Shown in pieces: positions 14,403 to 22,890 of a stretch of 24,609 nucleotides of DNA. Every line of letters begins with the position of its first letter. The stretch's first letter is position 1. A model generated the notes under the pieces. The model was given only the letters and a program-made list of their open reading frames with translations, was not told where the DNA came from and made no database searches. Where the stretch lies: contig CALMXN010000117.1 in NCBI GenBank assembly GCA_937871145.1, forward strand, positions 1 through 24,609. Reading direction: 5' to 3'. Position numbers and translations under genes: made by a program. This DNA comes from an uncultured Clostridia bacterium. GTDB lineage: Bacteria > Bacillota > Clostridia > Oscillospirales > Ruminococcaceae.

Positions 14403-15944
14403 ATGTTAAGATCTCTATATTCAGGTGTTTCAGGACTAACTGCACACCAAACTAAAATGGACGTAATCGGTAACAATATTGCTAACGTAAATACTTATGG
14501 TTTTAAGTCAAGCCGTGTAACATTCAGTGATATTTATTATCAGAATATCAGGAATGCAACAGCTGGTACTTCAACTGTCGGTGGTAATAACCCTTCACAG
14601 GTTGGTTACGGTGTTACTGTTGGTACAATTGATACTGTTATGTCAAGATCAGGCTTTCAGATGACTGATAGCGGGCTTGACCTAGCTATTGCCGGTGAAG
14701 GCTTTTTTCAGGTACAGGACAAAGTTGGAAATAAATTCTACACAAGAGCAGGTATCCTTGCAATAGATAACTACGGTAACCTTGTTGATGCAAAGGGTAA
14801 TTTCGTTCTTGGTATCACAGGTGACCCGACAGGACAGGCAGCATCAACTGATAGAATTCAGATTGTTGTTCCTAATGTTAGATCGGAAGAGCGTCGAGCT
14901 TCAAAACAGCTGCTCGGCTCAACAGTATCTATCAACGCAACAGCAGTCGGTGACAAGGGTAACATCACAATAAACTTCGTACACGGAACACCTCCGACAG
15001 CAACAATGTCAGGGGATAACCTTACAGTTACATTTGATCAGCAGGCAAAATATGATGACCTTGCAACATTGCAGTCAGCAGTTGACGAAGCAATCAGAAA
15101 CGGTGGTATCACACTACCAACTGGTGCTCTCACAATGATGGTTGAACCAGCTCCAGCTGACACAGCTGCTGCTTCAACAAACTACGTAGAATTCGGTGCT
15201 ACAGCAGCTGACAAGATGACAATTACTGCTGGCGCAGATGGTAAAGACGGTAACACAATCAATATTAAGTATAAGACTATAGATTCAGGTACAGCTTCTG
15301 CTGAGTGGGACGATGACACACTTATTTTCTCACTTGTTAAAACAGATTCATACACAGCCGCAGATCTTCAGACTCTTGCAGATGCTGCAAATACTGCTGA
15401 AGGAATAGTAGCAGGCGATACAAAAGCACTTACCTTCGCAGGACTCACAACCGCAGTAACAGGTTCAAATCTTGCTGCAAAACCAATCAAGCTTGGCAAC
15501 GGTGACAATACATACTATGAGAATATTGCTGGTATGCTGGGCACAATAAAGCTTGACGGTGGTAGAACTGCTGCTGAGCAGACAGTTGGTAACCTTTCAA
15601 GCCTTGCAATCGGTAATGATGGTGTTATTACTGCAACACACAGCGTTCACGGTCAGATGGTTCTTGGAAGAATCGACCTTGTAACCTTTGACAACCCATC
15701 AGGACTTGAAGAGGCTGGTAACTCATACTTCCAGCAGACATCAGCATCAGGACAGCCAAGAGTTTGCCAGGCTGGTTATGACGGATCAGGTGAAATAGTT
15801 TCAAGTGCACTTGAAATGTCAAACGTTGACCTTGCTCAGGAATTCGCTGATATGATTACAACACAAAGAGGATTCCAGGCTAACTCAAGAATTATTACAA
15901 CATCAGACGAACTACTTCAGGAACTTGTAAATCTTAAGAGATAA
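14403..15944 (+). CDS. flgE: Flagellar hook protein FlgE with enlarged central region
   Basis: MDVIGNNIANVNTYGFK, DLAIAGEGFF, YTRAG, ALEMSNVDLAQEFADMITTQRGFQANSRIITTSD; AAGGAG RBS. Confidence 0.95.
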   Translation: MLRSLYSGVSGLTAHQTKMDVIGNNIANVNTYGFKSSRVTFSDIYYQNIRNATAGTSTVGGNNPSQVGYGVTVGTIDTVMSRSGFQMTDSGLDLAIAGEGFFQVQDKVGNKFYTRAGILAIDNYGNLVDAKGNFVLGITGDPTGQAASTDRIQIVVPNVRSEERRASKQLLGSTVSINATAVGDKGNITINFVHGTPPTATMSGDNLTVTFDQQAKYDDLATLQSAVDEAIRNGGITLPTGALTMMVEPAPADTAAASTNYVEFGATAADKMTITAGADGKDGNTINIKYKTIDSGTASAEWDDDTLIFSLVKTDSYTAADLQTLADAANTAEGIVAGDTKALTFAGLTTAVTGSNLAAKPIKLGNGDNTYYENIAGMLGTIKLDGGRTAAEQTVGNLSSLAIGNDGVITATHSVHGQMVLGRIDLVTFDNPSGLEEAGNSYFQQTSASGQPRVCQAGYDGSGEIVSSALEMSNVDLAQEFADMITTQRGFQANSRIITTSDELLQELVNLKR

Positions 15945-15960
15945 ATAAACTAAATATTGA

Positions 15961-15985
15961 TGGGGAGCCGTAAAACGGCTTCCCA
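15961..15985 (+). other. Strong 11-bp hairpin after flgE with no U-tract
   Basis: TGGGGAGCCGT-AAA-ACGGCTTCCCA (one G-U pair) followed by CACAATATAAAA. Confidence 0.75.
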
Positions 15986-16009
15986 CACAATATAAAATGA
16001 GGGCTAAAT

Positions 16010-16201
16010 ATGATAAAACTTACACGAGTAGACGATAGGGTTATTGTTGTTAATGAAGATTTTATAGAAAATATCTCACAGGCACCCGATACAATTATTA
16101 CTATGCAAAGCGGAAGAAGCTATGTTGTTAAGGAAACTTTGGATGAGGTTATTGAAAAGTCCAAAGATTATAAAATAAAATGCAGAGGAAGAAATAAATA
16201 A
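16010..16201 (+). CDS. flbD: FlbD (SwrD) family flagellar protein
   Basis: MIKLTRV..IVVNEDFIE..PDTIITM..G..YVVKETLDEVI; between flgE and motA. Confidence 0.9.
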   Translation: MIKLTRVDDRVIVVNEDFIENISQAPDTIITMQSGRSYVVKETLDEVIEKSKDYKIKCRGRNK

Positions 16202-16260
16202 AGAATATTCGCTTTTTAGCTTGGAATAGATTTTATACTAAATGAATCGGGGGATATAAT

Positions 16261-17046
16261 ATGAACATAACAGGTATACTCGGCTTTTTAGCAGGCTTAG
16301 GGTTGGTAGTATATGGGATGATTGGATCAGGAGACCCTCTCTCGGGGTTTATTGATTATCCGTCTCTTGCAATTACATGCGGAGGAACTTTTGGTGCATT
16401 ATTGATGTCCTTCCCGTTCAAGGTAATTAAAAACGTACCAAAAATGATTAAGCTTTTTGCTAAGCCTAAAAAATACAAGCCACATAAGTACATAGACCAG
16501 ATGGTTGAATATGCAAAAATTGCACGAAGCAAGAGCCTTCTCGCACTTGAAGAAAGCGCAAACGATTGCAGCGATCCTTTCATGAAATCAAGCCTTATGC
16601 TTATTGTTGACGCTAACGACAGCGACAGAGTAAAAGCAATGCTTGATGATGCAATAGATTTTATGTGTGACCGACACGAAGAAAACACTGCATTCTGGGA
16701 CAAGATGGGGGCGGTAGCACCGGGTTTTGGTATGATCGGTACCCTTGTCGGACTTATAAACATGCTGGCTAACCTGAGTGGTAATGCCGATGGGCTTGGA
16801 TCCGGAATGGCAACTGCTCTTGTTACAACATTCTATGGATGTATTCTTGCCCATCTTATCGCTTCCCCTATTGCAAACAGATTAAGAACAATTCATGCAG
16901 AAGAGCTTTTGTGCATGCAGATTGTTGAAGAAGGTGCACTTGCAATAATTTCAGGTGCTAACCCAAGATACATACAGGAAAAGCTTGAATTTATGGTTCC
17001 TAAGAACAAAGGTAAGAAAAAGGAAAAAGAAACAAAAGAAAATTAA
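16261..17046 (+). CDS. motA: Flagellar stator A subunit (MotA/PomA/MotP, Na+-type signature)
   Basis: APGFGMIGTLVGLI, ALVTTFYG, GALAIISGANP. Confidence 0.95.
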   Translation: MNITGILGFLAGLGLVVYGMIGSGDPLSGFIDYPSLAITCGGTFGALLMSFPFKVIKNVPKMIKLFAKPKKYKPHKYIDQMVEYAKIARSKSLLALEESANDCSDPFMKSSLMLIVDANDSDRVKAMLDDAIDFMCDRHEENTAFWDKMGAVAPGFGMIGTLVGLINMLANLSGNADGLGSGMATALVTTFYGCILAHLIASPIANRLRTIHAEELLCMQIVEEGALAIISGANPRYIQEKLEFMVPKNKGKKKEKETKEN

Positions 17047-17070
17047 AAATTTATGTTAAAAACAGTTAAG

Positions 17071-17097
17071 TTGTATAAAAAAGTAGATTTTATACAA
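17071..17097. promoter_or_regulatory. Perfect 10-bp inverted repeat in the motA-motB spacer
   Basis: TTGTATAAAA (17071-17080), 7 nt, TTTTATACAA (17088-17097); an extended -10-like TGTTAGAAT follows at 17104-17112. Confidence 0.5.
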
Positions 17098-17136
17098 GAA
17101 GTATGTTAGAATGAAAAAATAAAAGAAGGTGATTTT

Positions 17137-17970
17137 TTGGCTAGACGAAAAAAGAGCTCCGGTGGTGAAGGCGGTGCCAACTGGATGGACACATATGGTG
17201 ATATGGTTACATTGTTGTTGACATTCTTTGTTATGCTTTATGCCAGCTCATCATTTGATGAGGGAAAGTGGCAATATATATTACAAGCCTTTCAATCACA
17301 TGGAGCTTACGCAAACACAATCGTCGCACCAGAAAATCCCGATTCAGCTTCTGACAAGCCATTTGTCACTGATGAGTTAGGCGAAGGGGAATTACCTGAA
17401 ACCTTTGATCAGTTATATCAATACCTTGAAAATTATGTTAACGACAACAATCTTAAGGGAGAAGTTGAAGTAAAAAAAGGTGAAGCGAACGTTTATCTTA
17501 AATTCCAGAATCATATTTTCTTTTCCGGTGACAGTGATGTACTACTTGATTCAGGCAAAAAGGTTCTTACTGCAATAGGAACTGGAGTAAAAGCTGTTGA
17601 CGATAAGATAATGATTGTAAAGGTATGCGGACATACAGCCATAAGTCCGGGATCAAAGATAGATGATATGGCACTTTCAAGCGGAAGAGCTGTTAGTGTT
17701 GGCAATTACCTCAGAGATAAGAAAATTTGTGCCCCTGAAAAACTGATATCAGCAGGATATGGTTCATTCAGACCTGTTGCGCCGAATAATTCTGAAGCCA
17801 ACAGAGCAAAAAACCGTCGTGTTGAAATAGTTATTGTAAGAAATGATGCTGACTTTACTGATCAGAGTGTCATTAATGAATTACTTAAACTGGACTTCGG
17901 AACAGACTTCGTTCCGCCGGAGGAAACCCCTAAGAAGGCGGATTCTTCATCAACTAAAGCTACAAAATAA
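17137..17970 (+). CDS. motB: Flagellar stator B subunit (MotB/PomB/MotS) with OmpA-like domain
   Basis: WMDTYGDMVTLLLTFFVMLYASS; GHT, LSSGRAVSV, NRAKNRRVEI; TTG start after AAGGTGA. Confidence 0.95.
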   Translation: MARRKKSSGGEGGANWMDTYGDMVTLLLTFFVMLYASSSFDEGKWQYILQAFQSHGAYANTIVAPENPDSASDKPFVTDELGEGELPETFDQLYQYLENYVNDNNLKGEVEVKKGEANVYLKFQNHIFFSGDSDVLLDSGKKVLTAIGTGVKAVDDKIMIVKVCGHTAISPGSKIDDMALSSGRAVSVGNYLRDKKICAPEKLISAGYGSFRPVAPNNSEANRAKNRRVEIVIVRNDADFTDQSVINELLKLDFGTDFVPPEETPKKADSSSTKATK

Positions 17971-17994
17971 CCCTTATTGAGAGGTGATACATAG

Positions 17995-18996
17995 ATGGCA
18001 GATGTTTTGTCCCAGAACCAGATAGACGATTTGCTGAGAAGTTTCAGTACCGATGGAGACAAGGTTATTGAAGAAATTGAATCTCAGAAAAATGAAAAGA
18101 AATCAAAGCCTTATGACTTCAGAATGCCGAAGAAATTCACAAAGGAACGTCTGAGGGTTATTGATAGAATATTTGAAAACTACTCACGTCTGCTGTCTTC
18201 TTATTTCACAGGAATGCTGAGGCTTTACTGCAAGGTGAATGTTCTTCAGCTTGAAGAACAGAGATATAACGAATTCAGCAATGCTCTTCCTGAATATGTA
18301 CTCATGGCAATACTGGATCTTGAAACAAATGATGAGGATATTGATGATACTGTTATGATAATGCAGCTTTCAAATCCTATTTCATTTACGCTTATGGACA
18401 GGCTTCTCGGCGGTAACGGAACCTATGTTGATATCAACAGAGATTTTACTGAAATAGAAATAGGGCTCCTTCGTACGATTGTTGAAAAAATGTGTTCAAT
18501 GCAGAAGGAATCCTGGTCATCATTCATTGATATAAATACAAGGATAACAAGTGTTGAAACCAATGCAAGAGTTATTCAGAGCATTGCTCCGGATGAAATA
18601 ATCATTCAGATAATGCTTGAGGTTGAAATAAAGGATGTTAAAAACACTATTTCAATCTGTATTCCTGCTATGAATCTTGAGCAGATAATGGCAAAGTTCA
18701 ATGATAAGAGCCTTCGAAGCTCAAGACGTCTTGATCCTCTTAAGGAAACAGAAAGAAAGGCAGAAATTCTTCAAGGAATTAAAGACGTTCAACTTGATGT
18801 GACAGCAGTTCTTTGCGAGACGCAGGTTGACCTTCAGGATATTCTTCATCTTCAGGTCAATGATATAATCCCTCTTAATACAAACATAACTAATAACGTT
18901 GTTGTAAAAGTTGGGGAAACACCGTGGTTTGATGGAAAACTTGGTGCAAAGAACAACAGAAAAGCCGTAAGGCTGGATAATACTTTTAAGAATTGA
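17995..18996 (+). CDS. fliM: Flagellar motor switch protein FliM
   Basis: MADVLSQNQIDDLL, YDFRMPKKFTKERLR, C-terminal SPOA domain. Confidence 0.96.
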   Translation: MADVLSQNQIDDLLRSFSTDGDKVIEEIESQKNEKKSKPYDFRMPKKFTKERLRVIDRIFENYSRLLSSYFTGMLRLYCKVNVLQLEEQRYNEFSNALPEYVLMAILDLETNDEDIDDTVMIMQLSNPISFTLMDRLLGGNGTYVDINRDFTEIEIGLLRTIVEKMCSMQKESWSSFIDINTRITSVETNARVIQSIAPDEIIIQIMLEVEIKDVKNTISICIPAMNLEQIMAKFNDKSLRSSRRLDPLKETERKAEILQGIKDVQLDVTAVLCETQVDLQDILHLQVNDIIPLNTNITNNVVVKVGETPWFDGKLGAKNNRKAVRLDNTFKN

Positions 18997-19001
18997 GGTA
19001 G

Positions 19002-20198
19002 ATGGGAAGCATGAGTAATGATCTTCAGAGTAATCAGGCAGTGATCCCAAAAGAAGTTCAGTTTTCTGAAATGCAGCTAAGTGCAGTGGCGGAAATAGAA
19101 AATATCAGTATGGGTTCAGCTGCTACGGCTGTTTCTAATCTGCTGAATGCAAAGGTGTGGATTACAACTCCTCACGTCAGCATTGTCCGCTTCAGTGAGC
19201 TTAAATATCCTGACCTTGAGCCTTCAATATATGTAATGATTAACTACATAAAAGGAGTCAAAGGAACAAACACAATGATTCTCAAGCAGTCTGATGTTCA
19301 GTTAATGCTCAATCAGCTGATGGGACTTCCGCTTGTAGTAACAGATGACTTTGTATTCGATGAGCTTAACATTTCTGCAGTATGCGAAGTAATGAATCAG
19401 ATGATGGGTTCAGCTGCAACAGCTCTTTCGGAATTCCTGGGCGAGTCCATTGATATATCAACGCCTGTTGCAAAAATCAAAGATGCCGATAATACAGAGA
19501 CAATCGAAAATTATAAGCCGGATGATTATGTTGTCGCAATACGCTTTAATCTCACGATAGATGGTGTAATAAACAGTGAGTTTGTTTCAATAATACAAAT
19601 TGAACTTGCAAGAACACTTGCATCGAAAATGCTGCAGGGACTTGATGACTCCCCTGAGGAAGCTGCTCCTGTAACAGTTGCACCACAGCCTGCTGTGCAG
19701 ACACCTCCTCCAATGCCACAGCCAATTCTGCAACCAACCCCGCAACCGGTTCCTCAGCAGATGCAACAGCAACAGCCGGTATATCAGCAGCCTGTATATC
19801 AACAGCCAATGTACCAGCAACCAATGCCACAGCCAGTTTATCAACAGCAACAGCCGGAGCCTATCAACGTTCAAAGTATTAAACTTCATCAGTTTGAAAA
19901 CTTTGGCACACCTGTATTACCAATGGAACAACAGGACAACCTGAAGCTTCTTATGACCATTCCTCTCAATGTATCAGTTGAAATCGGTTCAGCGAAGAAA
20001 AAGGTAAAAGAAATTCTTGAATTCACGCAGGGTACTGTCATAGAGCTTGACAGACAGGCAGGAGCCCCTGTTGACGTAATAGTAAACGGACATTTAATTG
20101 CTAGAGGCGATGTTGTTGTCATTGACGACAACTTTGCTGTAAGAGTCACAGAAATTGTTAAATCAAAATTTTTGGATACTTTAGGGGATAAGGAGTAA
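19002..20198 (+). CDS. fliY: Flagellar switch phosphatase FliY (CheC-like domain plus FliN domain)
   Basis: EIENISMGSAAT and EVMNQMMGSAAT CheC motifs; C-terminal IPLNVSVEIG...GEVVV-like RGDVVVIDDNFAVRVT. ATG 19011 is an alternative start. Confidence 0.93.
   Translation: MGSMSNDLQSNQAVIPKEVQFSEMQLSAVAEIENISMGSAATAVSNLLNAKVWITTPHVSIVRFSELKYPDLEPSIYVMINYIKGVKGTNTMILKQSDVQLMLNQLMGLPLVVTDDFVFDELNISAVCEVMNQMMGSAATALSEFLGESIDISTPVAKIKDADNTETIENYKPDDYVVAIRFNLTIDGVINSEFVSIIQIELARTLASKMLQGLDDSPEEAAPVTVAPQPAVQTPPPMPQPILQPTPQPVPQQMQQQQPVYQQPVYQQPMYQQPMPQPVYQQQQPEPINVQSIKLHQFENFGTPVLPMEQQDNLKLLMTIPLNVSVEIGSAKKKVKEILEFTQGTVIELDRQAGAPVDVIVNGHLIARGDVVVIDDNFAVRVTEIVKSKFLDTLGDKE
19776..19847 (+). repeat. Imperfect 15-nt tandem repeat encoding P(V/M)YQQ within a Q/P-rich FliY linker
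   Basis: CCGGTATATCAGCAG CCTGTATATCAACAG CCAATGTACCAGCAA CCAATGCCACAG CCAGTTTATCAACAG. Confidence 0.85.
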
Positions 20199-20203
20199 AT
20201 AAC

Positions 20204-20566
20204 ATGGATAAAAAAATTCTTCTGGTTGATGATGCTGCTTTTATGAGAATGATGATTAAGGACACCCTCACCAAGAATGGCTATACCAGCATTGCGGAGG
20301 CAGCTGATGGTGAACAGGCTGTTGAACAGTTCAAACTCGAAAAACCTGACCTTATTATAATGGACATTACAATGCCAAACAAAACAGGAATTGAAGCACT
20401 AAGAGATATAAAAGCTATTGATTCAACTGCTAAAATTGTTATGTGCTCTGCTATGGGACAGGAATCAATGGTTGTCGAAGCTATCAAGCTCGGTGCGCTT
20501 GACTTTATCGTTAAGCCTTTCAAGCCAGACAGAATTCTTCAGACAGTATCAAAAATAATAGGATAA
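20204..20566 (+). CDS. cheY: Chemotaxis response regulator CheY
   Basis: Single receiver domain: VDDAAFMR, MDITMP, CSAMG, KPF. Confidence 0.96.
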   Translation: MDKKILLVDDAAFMRMMIKDTLTKNGYTSIAEAADGEQAVEQFKLEKPDLIIMDITMPNKTGIEALRDIKAIDSTAKIVMCSAMGQESMVVEAIKLGALDFIVKPFKPDRILQTVSKIIG

Positions 20567-20568
20567 AT

Positions 20569-20936
20569 ATGAGTGAAATAATAACTATACTCTTTTCATT
20601 GATAGGTGTCGTGATTTTAATTTTTCTCACATATTACGGCGCAAACTGGCTTAACAAAAGAGTTAAATTTTCCGGAAACGGAATGCTGAAGGTTCACGAA
20701 AGAGCAAATCTTGGCGCTGACAAGGCAGTAATGATTGTTTCAGTCGGTGGAAAATATATGCTCGTTGGTGTTACACAGCAGAATTAACTAAAATATCTGA
20801 TCTTGACAAGGATGAGATTGAAAAGCTTTTAGAAGAAAAGAAATCAGCATCAAAGCAGACTTTTGCAATGTCACTTGCAAGTGCTATTGTTGCAAAAACG
20901 CGTAAAAAAGGCGGTGAAGACAATGACGAAAGCTGA
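20569..20936 (+). pseudogene. fliO: fliO (fliZ in Bacillus naming) interrupted by a 1-nt deletion near 20785
   Basis: TM plus ERANLGADKAVMIVSVGGKYMLVGVT ends at TAA 20787. The shifted frame continues TKISDLDKDEIEK...GGEDNDES to TGA 20936 and overlaps the fliP start. Real lesion or sequencing error cannot be distinguished. Confidence 0.8.
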
Positions 20937-21756
20937 GATTTTGTCGAAGATTAAAAAGCCGCTGATTATGCTTATTATTTCAGTTATTGTTATTGTAATA
21001 TCACTATGTTCAATAAAAACAATTACTGCTAATGCTCAGGCTGCTCCGAAAACGAGTACCTCTACTACACAGCAGACTGATAAAAATGATGGCAATATCC
21101 TTGATGGATTTCTTAATGTAAAAGATAACAACGGCACACTGGAGCTTGTTCTTCTTATTACAATTCTTTCAGTAGCACCATCACTTCTTATCTTAATGAC
21201 AAGCTTTACACGAATTATTATCGTTTTTTCGCTTTTAAGAAATGCACTTGGTATACAACAAACGCCACCTAATCAGGTTCTTGTCGGACTTGCAATGTTC
21301 CTGACATTCTTTATAATGACGCCTGTTTTCAAGCAGATGGACAAGGTTGCATATGAGCCTTACAAGAAGGGCGAATATTCCACAATGGAGGCTGCAAAGA
21401 AAGCTTCAGTACCGCTTAAGGAATGGATGCTCAAGCAGACTTCAAAAAGCAGTATGAGCTTCTTCCTTGAACTTGCTGACAAAGATATGCCAAAGGATAA
21501 TGTTGCTGAAAACTTAGGACTTGAGGTCGTTGTTCCTGCATTTATCATCAGTGAGTTAAAAAGAGCTTTCATAATAGGATTTTTACTTTATATACCGTTC
21601 CTGGTTATAGATATAATTGTTGCGTCGACGCTGATGTCGATGGGTATGATTATGCTTCCGCCAGCGATGATATCAATGCCGTTCAAGCTACTCCTGTTTA
21701 TTATGATAAACGGATGGGAACTTCTCATCGGATCGCTTGTCGCGGGATTCAATTAG
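20923..21756 (+). CDS. fliP: Flagellar export gate protein FliP
   Basis: APSLLILMTSFTRIIIVFSLLRNALGIQQTPPNQVL, PAFIISELKRAF, GMIMLPP. ATG 20923 follows GGCGGTGA. Confidence 0.97.
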   Translation: MTKAEILSKIKKPLIMLIISVIVIVISLCSIKTITANAQAAPKTSTSTTQQTDKNDGNILDGFLNVKDNNGTLELVLLITILSVAPSLLILMTSFTRIIIVFSLLRNALGIQQTPPNQVLVGLAMFLTFFIMTPVFKQMDKVAYEPYKKGEYSTMEAAKKASVPLKEWMLKQTSKSSMSFFLELADKDMPKDNVAENLGLEVVVPAFIISELKRAFIIGFLLYIPFLVIDIIVASTLMSMGMIMLPPAMISMPFKLLLFIMINGWELLIGSLVAGFN

Positions 21757-21783
21757 CTACTTATAAAAAAGGGGGAAGGGCAA

Positions 21784-22053
21784 ATGACACAGGATCAGGC
21801 TTTATCTGTATTCAAAGAAGCCCTTCTTGTTATTTTAAAGGTCGGTGGACCAATTCTTATAATAAGCATTGTCATCGGTCTTGTTATTTCAATACTTCAG
21901 GCTGCCACACAGGTTCATGAGCAGACGCTGACATTTGTCCCGAAGCTTATCGCTATTGGATTAATACTTCTTTTAGCAGGTGGCTGGATGATGGACACTT
22001 GTGCAGACTTCGCAAAGGAAATCTTCAAGCTGATGGCAAAAGTCGGGAAGTAA
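21784..22053 (+). CDS. fliQ: Flagellar export gate protein FliQ
   Basis: GLVISILQAATQVHEQTLTFVPKL. Confidence 0.97.
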   Translation: MTQDQALSVFKEALLVILKVGGPILIISIVIGLVISILQAATQVHEQTLTFVPKLIAIGLILLLAGGWMMDTCADFAKEIFKLMAKVGK

Positions 22054-22077
22054 ACTACTCACGAAAGAGGCGATAGC

Positions 22078-22857
22078 TTGACTTTTGAAGATCTGATGAA
22101 TAACTATCAGGCGTATCTGCTTGTCTTTGCAAGAGTATTCGGAATATTCGCATTTAACCCGATTTTTGCAAGAAAGAATATTCCTTCAATAGTAAAAATA
22201 GGCACAACAGTTGCATTGACAATTGTTATTGCAATGAGCGCAATAAACAATGTTCACGTAGCTTATGACAGCTTACCGATGCTTGCTGTAGCATTTTTCA
22301 AGGAAGGCATAATCGGTGTAATACTTGGCTTTGTAACACAGCTTTTCCTCTCGACAATACTTGTTGGCGGTGAGCTGATGGATATGCAGTCAGGTCTTGG
22401 TATGGCAAAGATTTATGACCCGTCAAGTGGTGTTCAGATGCCTCTTTTCGGTTCCATTATGACATATATGTTCCTTATGTACTTCTTCATTACTGACTGT
22501 CATCTGTCATATATAAAGATATTTGCAATATCCTATGACTTTGTTCCCGTTGGATGGAAGAATTTCAACCCTGATATAACAGTTGTTTTAGTAAATTACT
22601 TTGGAACAGTCCTTGCACTTGCAATGAAGCTTGCTATTCCGATAATACTTGCACAGCTTCTGCTGGAATTCTGCGGCGGTATTCTTATGAAGGCAGTTCC
22701 GCAGATACAGGTAATGCAGGTAAACATACAGGTTAAGCTTCTGTTCGGGTTGTTTATGCTTTTCATTATCGCAGAACCTCTTTCAGACGCTATTGATAAA
22801 TATATGAAGATGCTTATGGATAATCTGACGGCGATACTTCCGTCACTTATCAAATAA
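22078..22857 (+). CDS. fliR: Flagellar export gate protein FliR
   Basis: ARVFG..PIF, GELMDMQSGLGMAKIYDP, MKAVPQIQV; TTG start after AGAGG. Confidence 0.95.
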   Translation: MTFEDLMNNYQAYLLVFARVFGIFAFNPIFARKNIPSIVKIGTTVALTIVIAMSAINNVHVAYDSLPMLAVAFFKEGIIGVILGFVTQLFLSTILVGGELMDMQSGLGMAKIYDPSSGVQMPLFGSIMTYMFLMYFFITDCHLSYIKIFAISYDFVPVGWKNFNPDITVVLVNYFGTVLALAMKLAIPIILAQLLLEFCGGILMKAVPQIQVMQVNIQVKLLFGLFMLFIIAEPLSDAIDKYMKMLMDNLTAILPSLIK

Positions 22858-22890
22858 TAGCGTAAAACGGGTCTTTAGGGGGGATTATAC

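Noticed and set aside
15961-15985. Calling the post-flgE hairpin an intrinsic terminator
   Set aside because: No U-tract follows, and flbD-motA have no convincing promoter of their own, so read-through is expected.
19552-19944. Three alternative-frame ORFs over the FliY Q/P linker
   Set aside because: By-products of the CAG/CCA-rich repeat, which lacks stop codons in other frames.
20775-20790. Programmed -1 frameshift rescuing fliO
   Set aside because: No X-XXY-YYZ slippery heptamer or obvious stimulatory structure.
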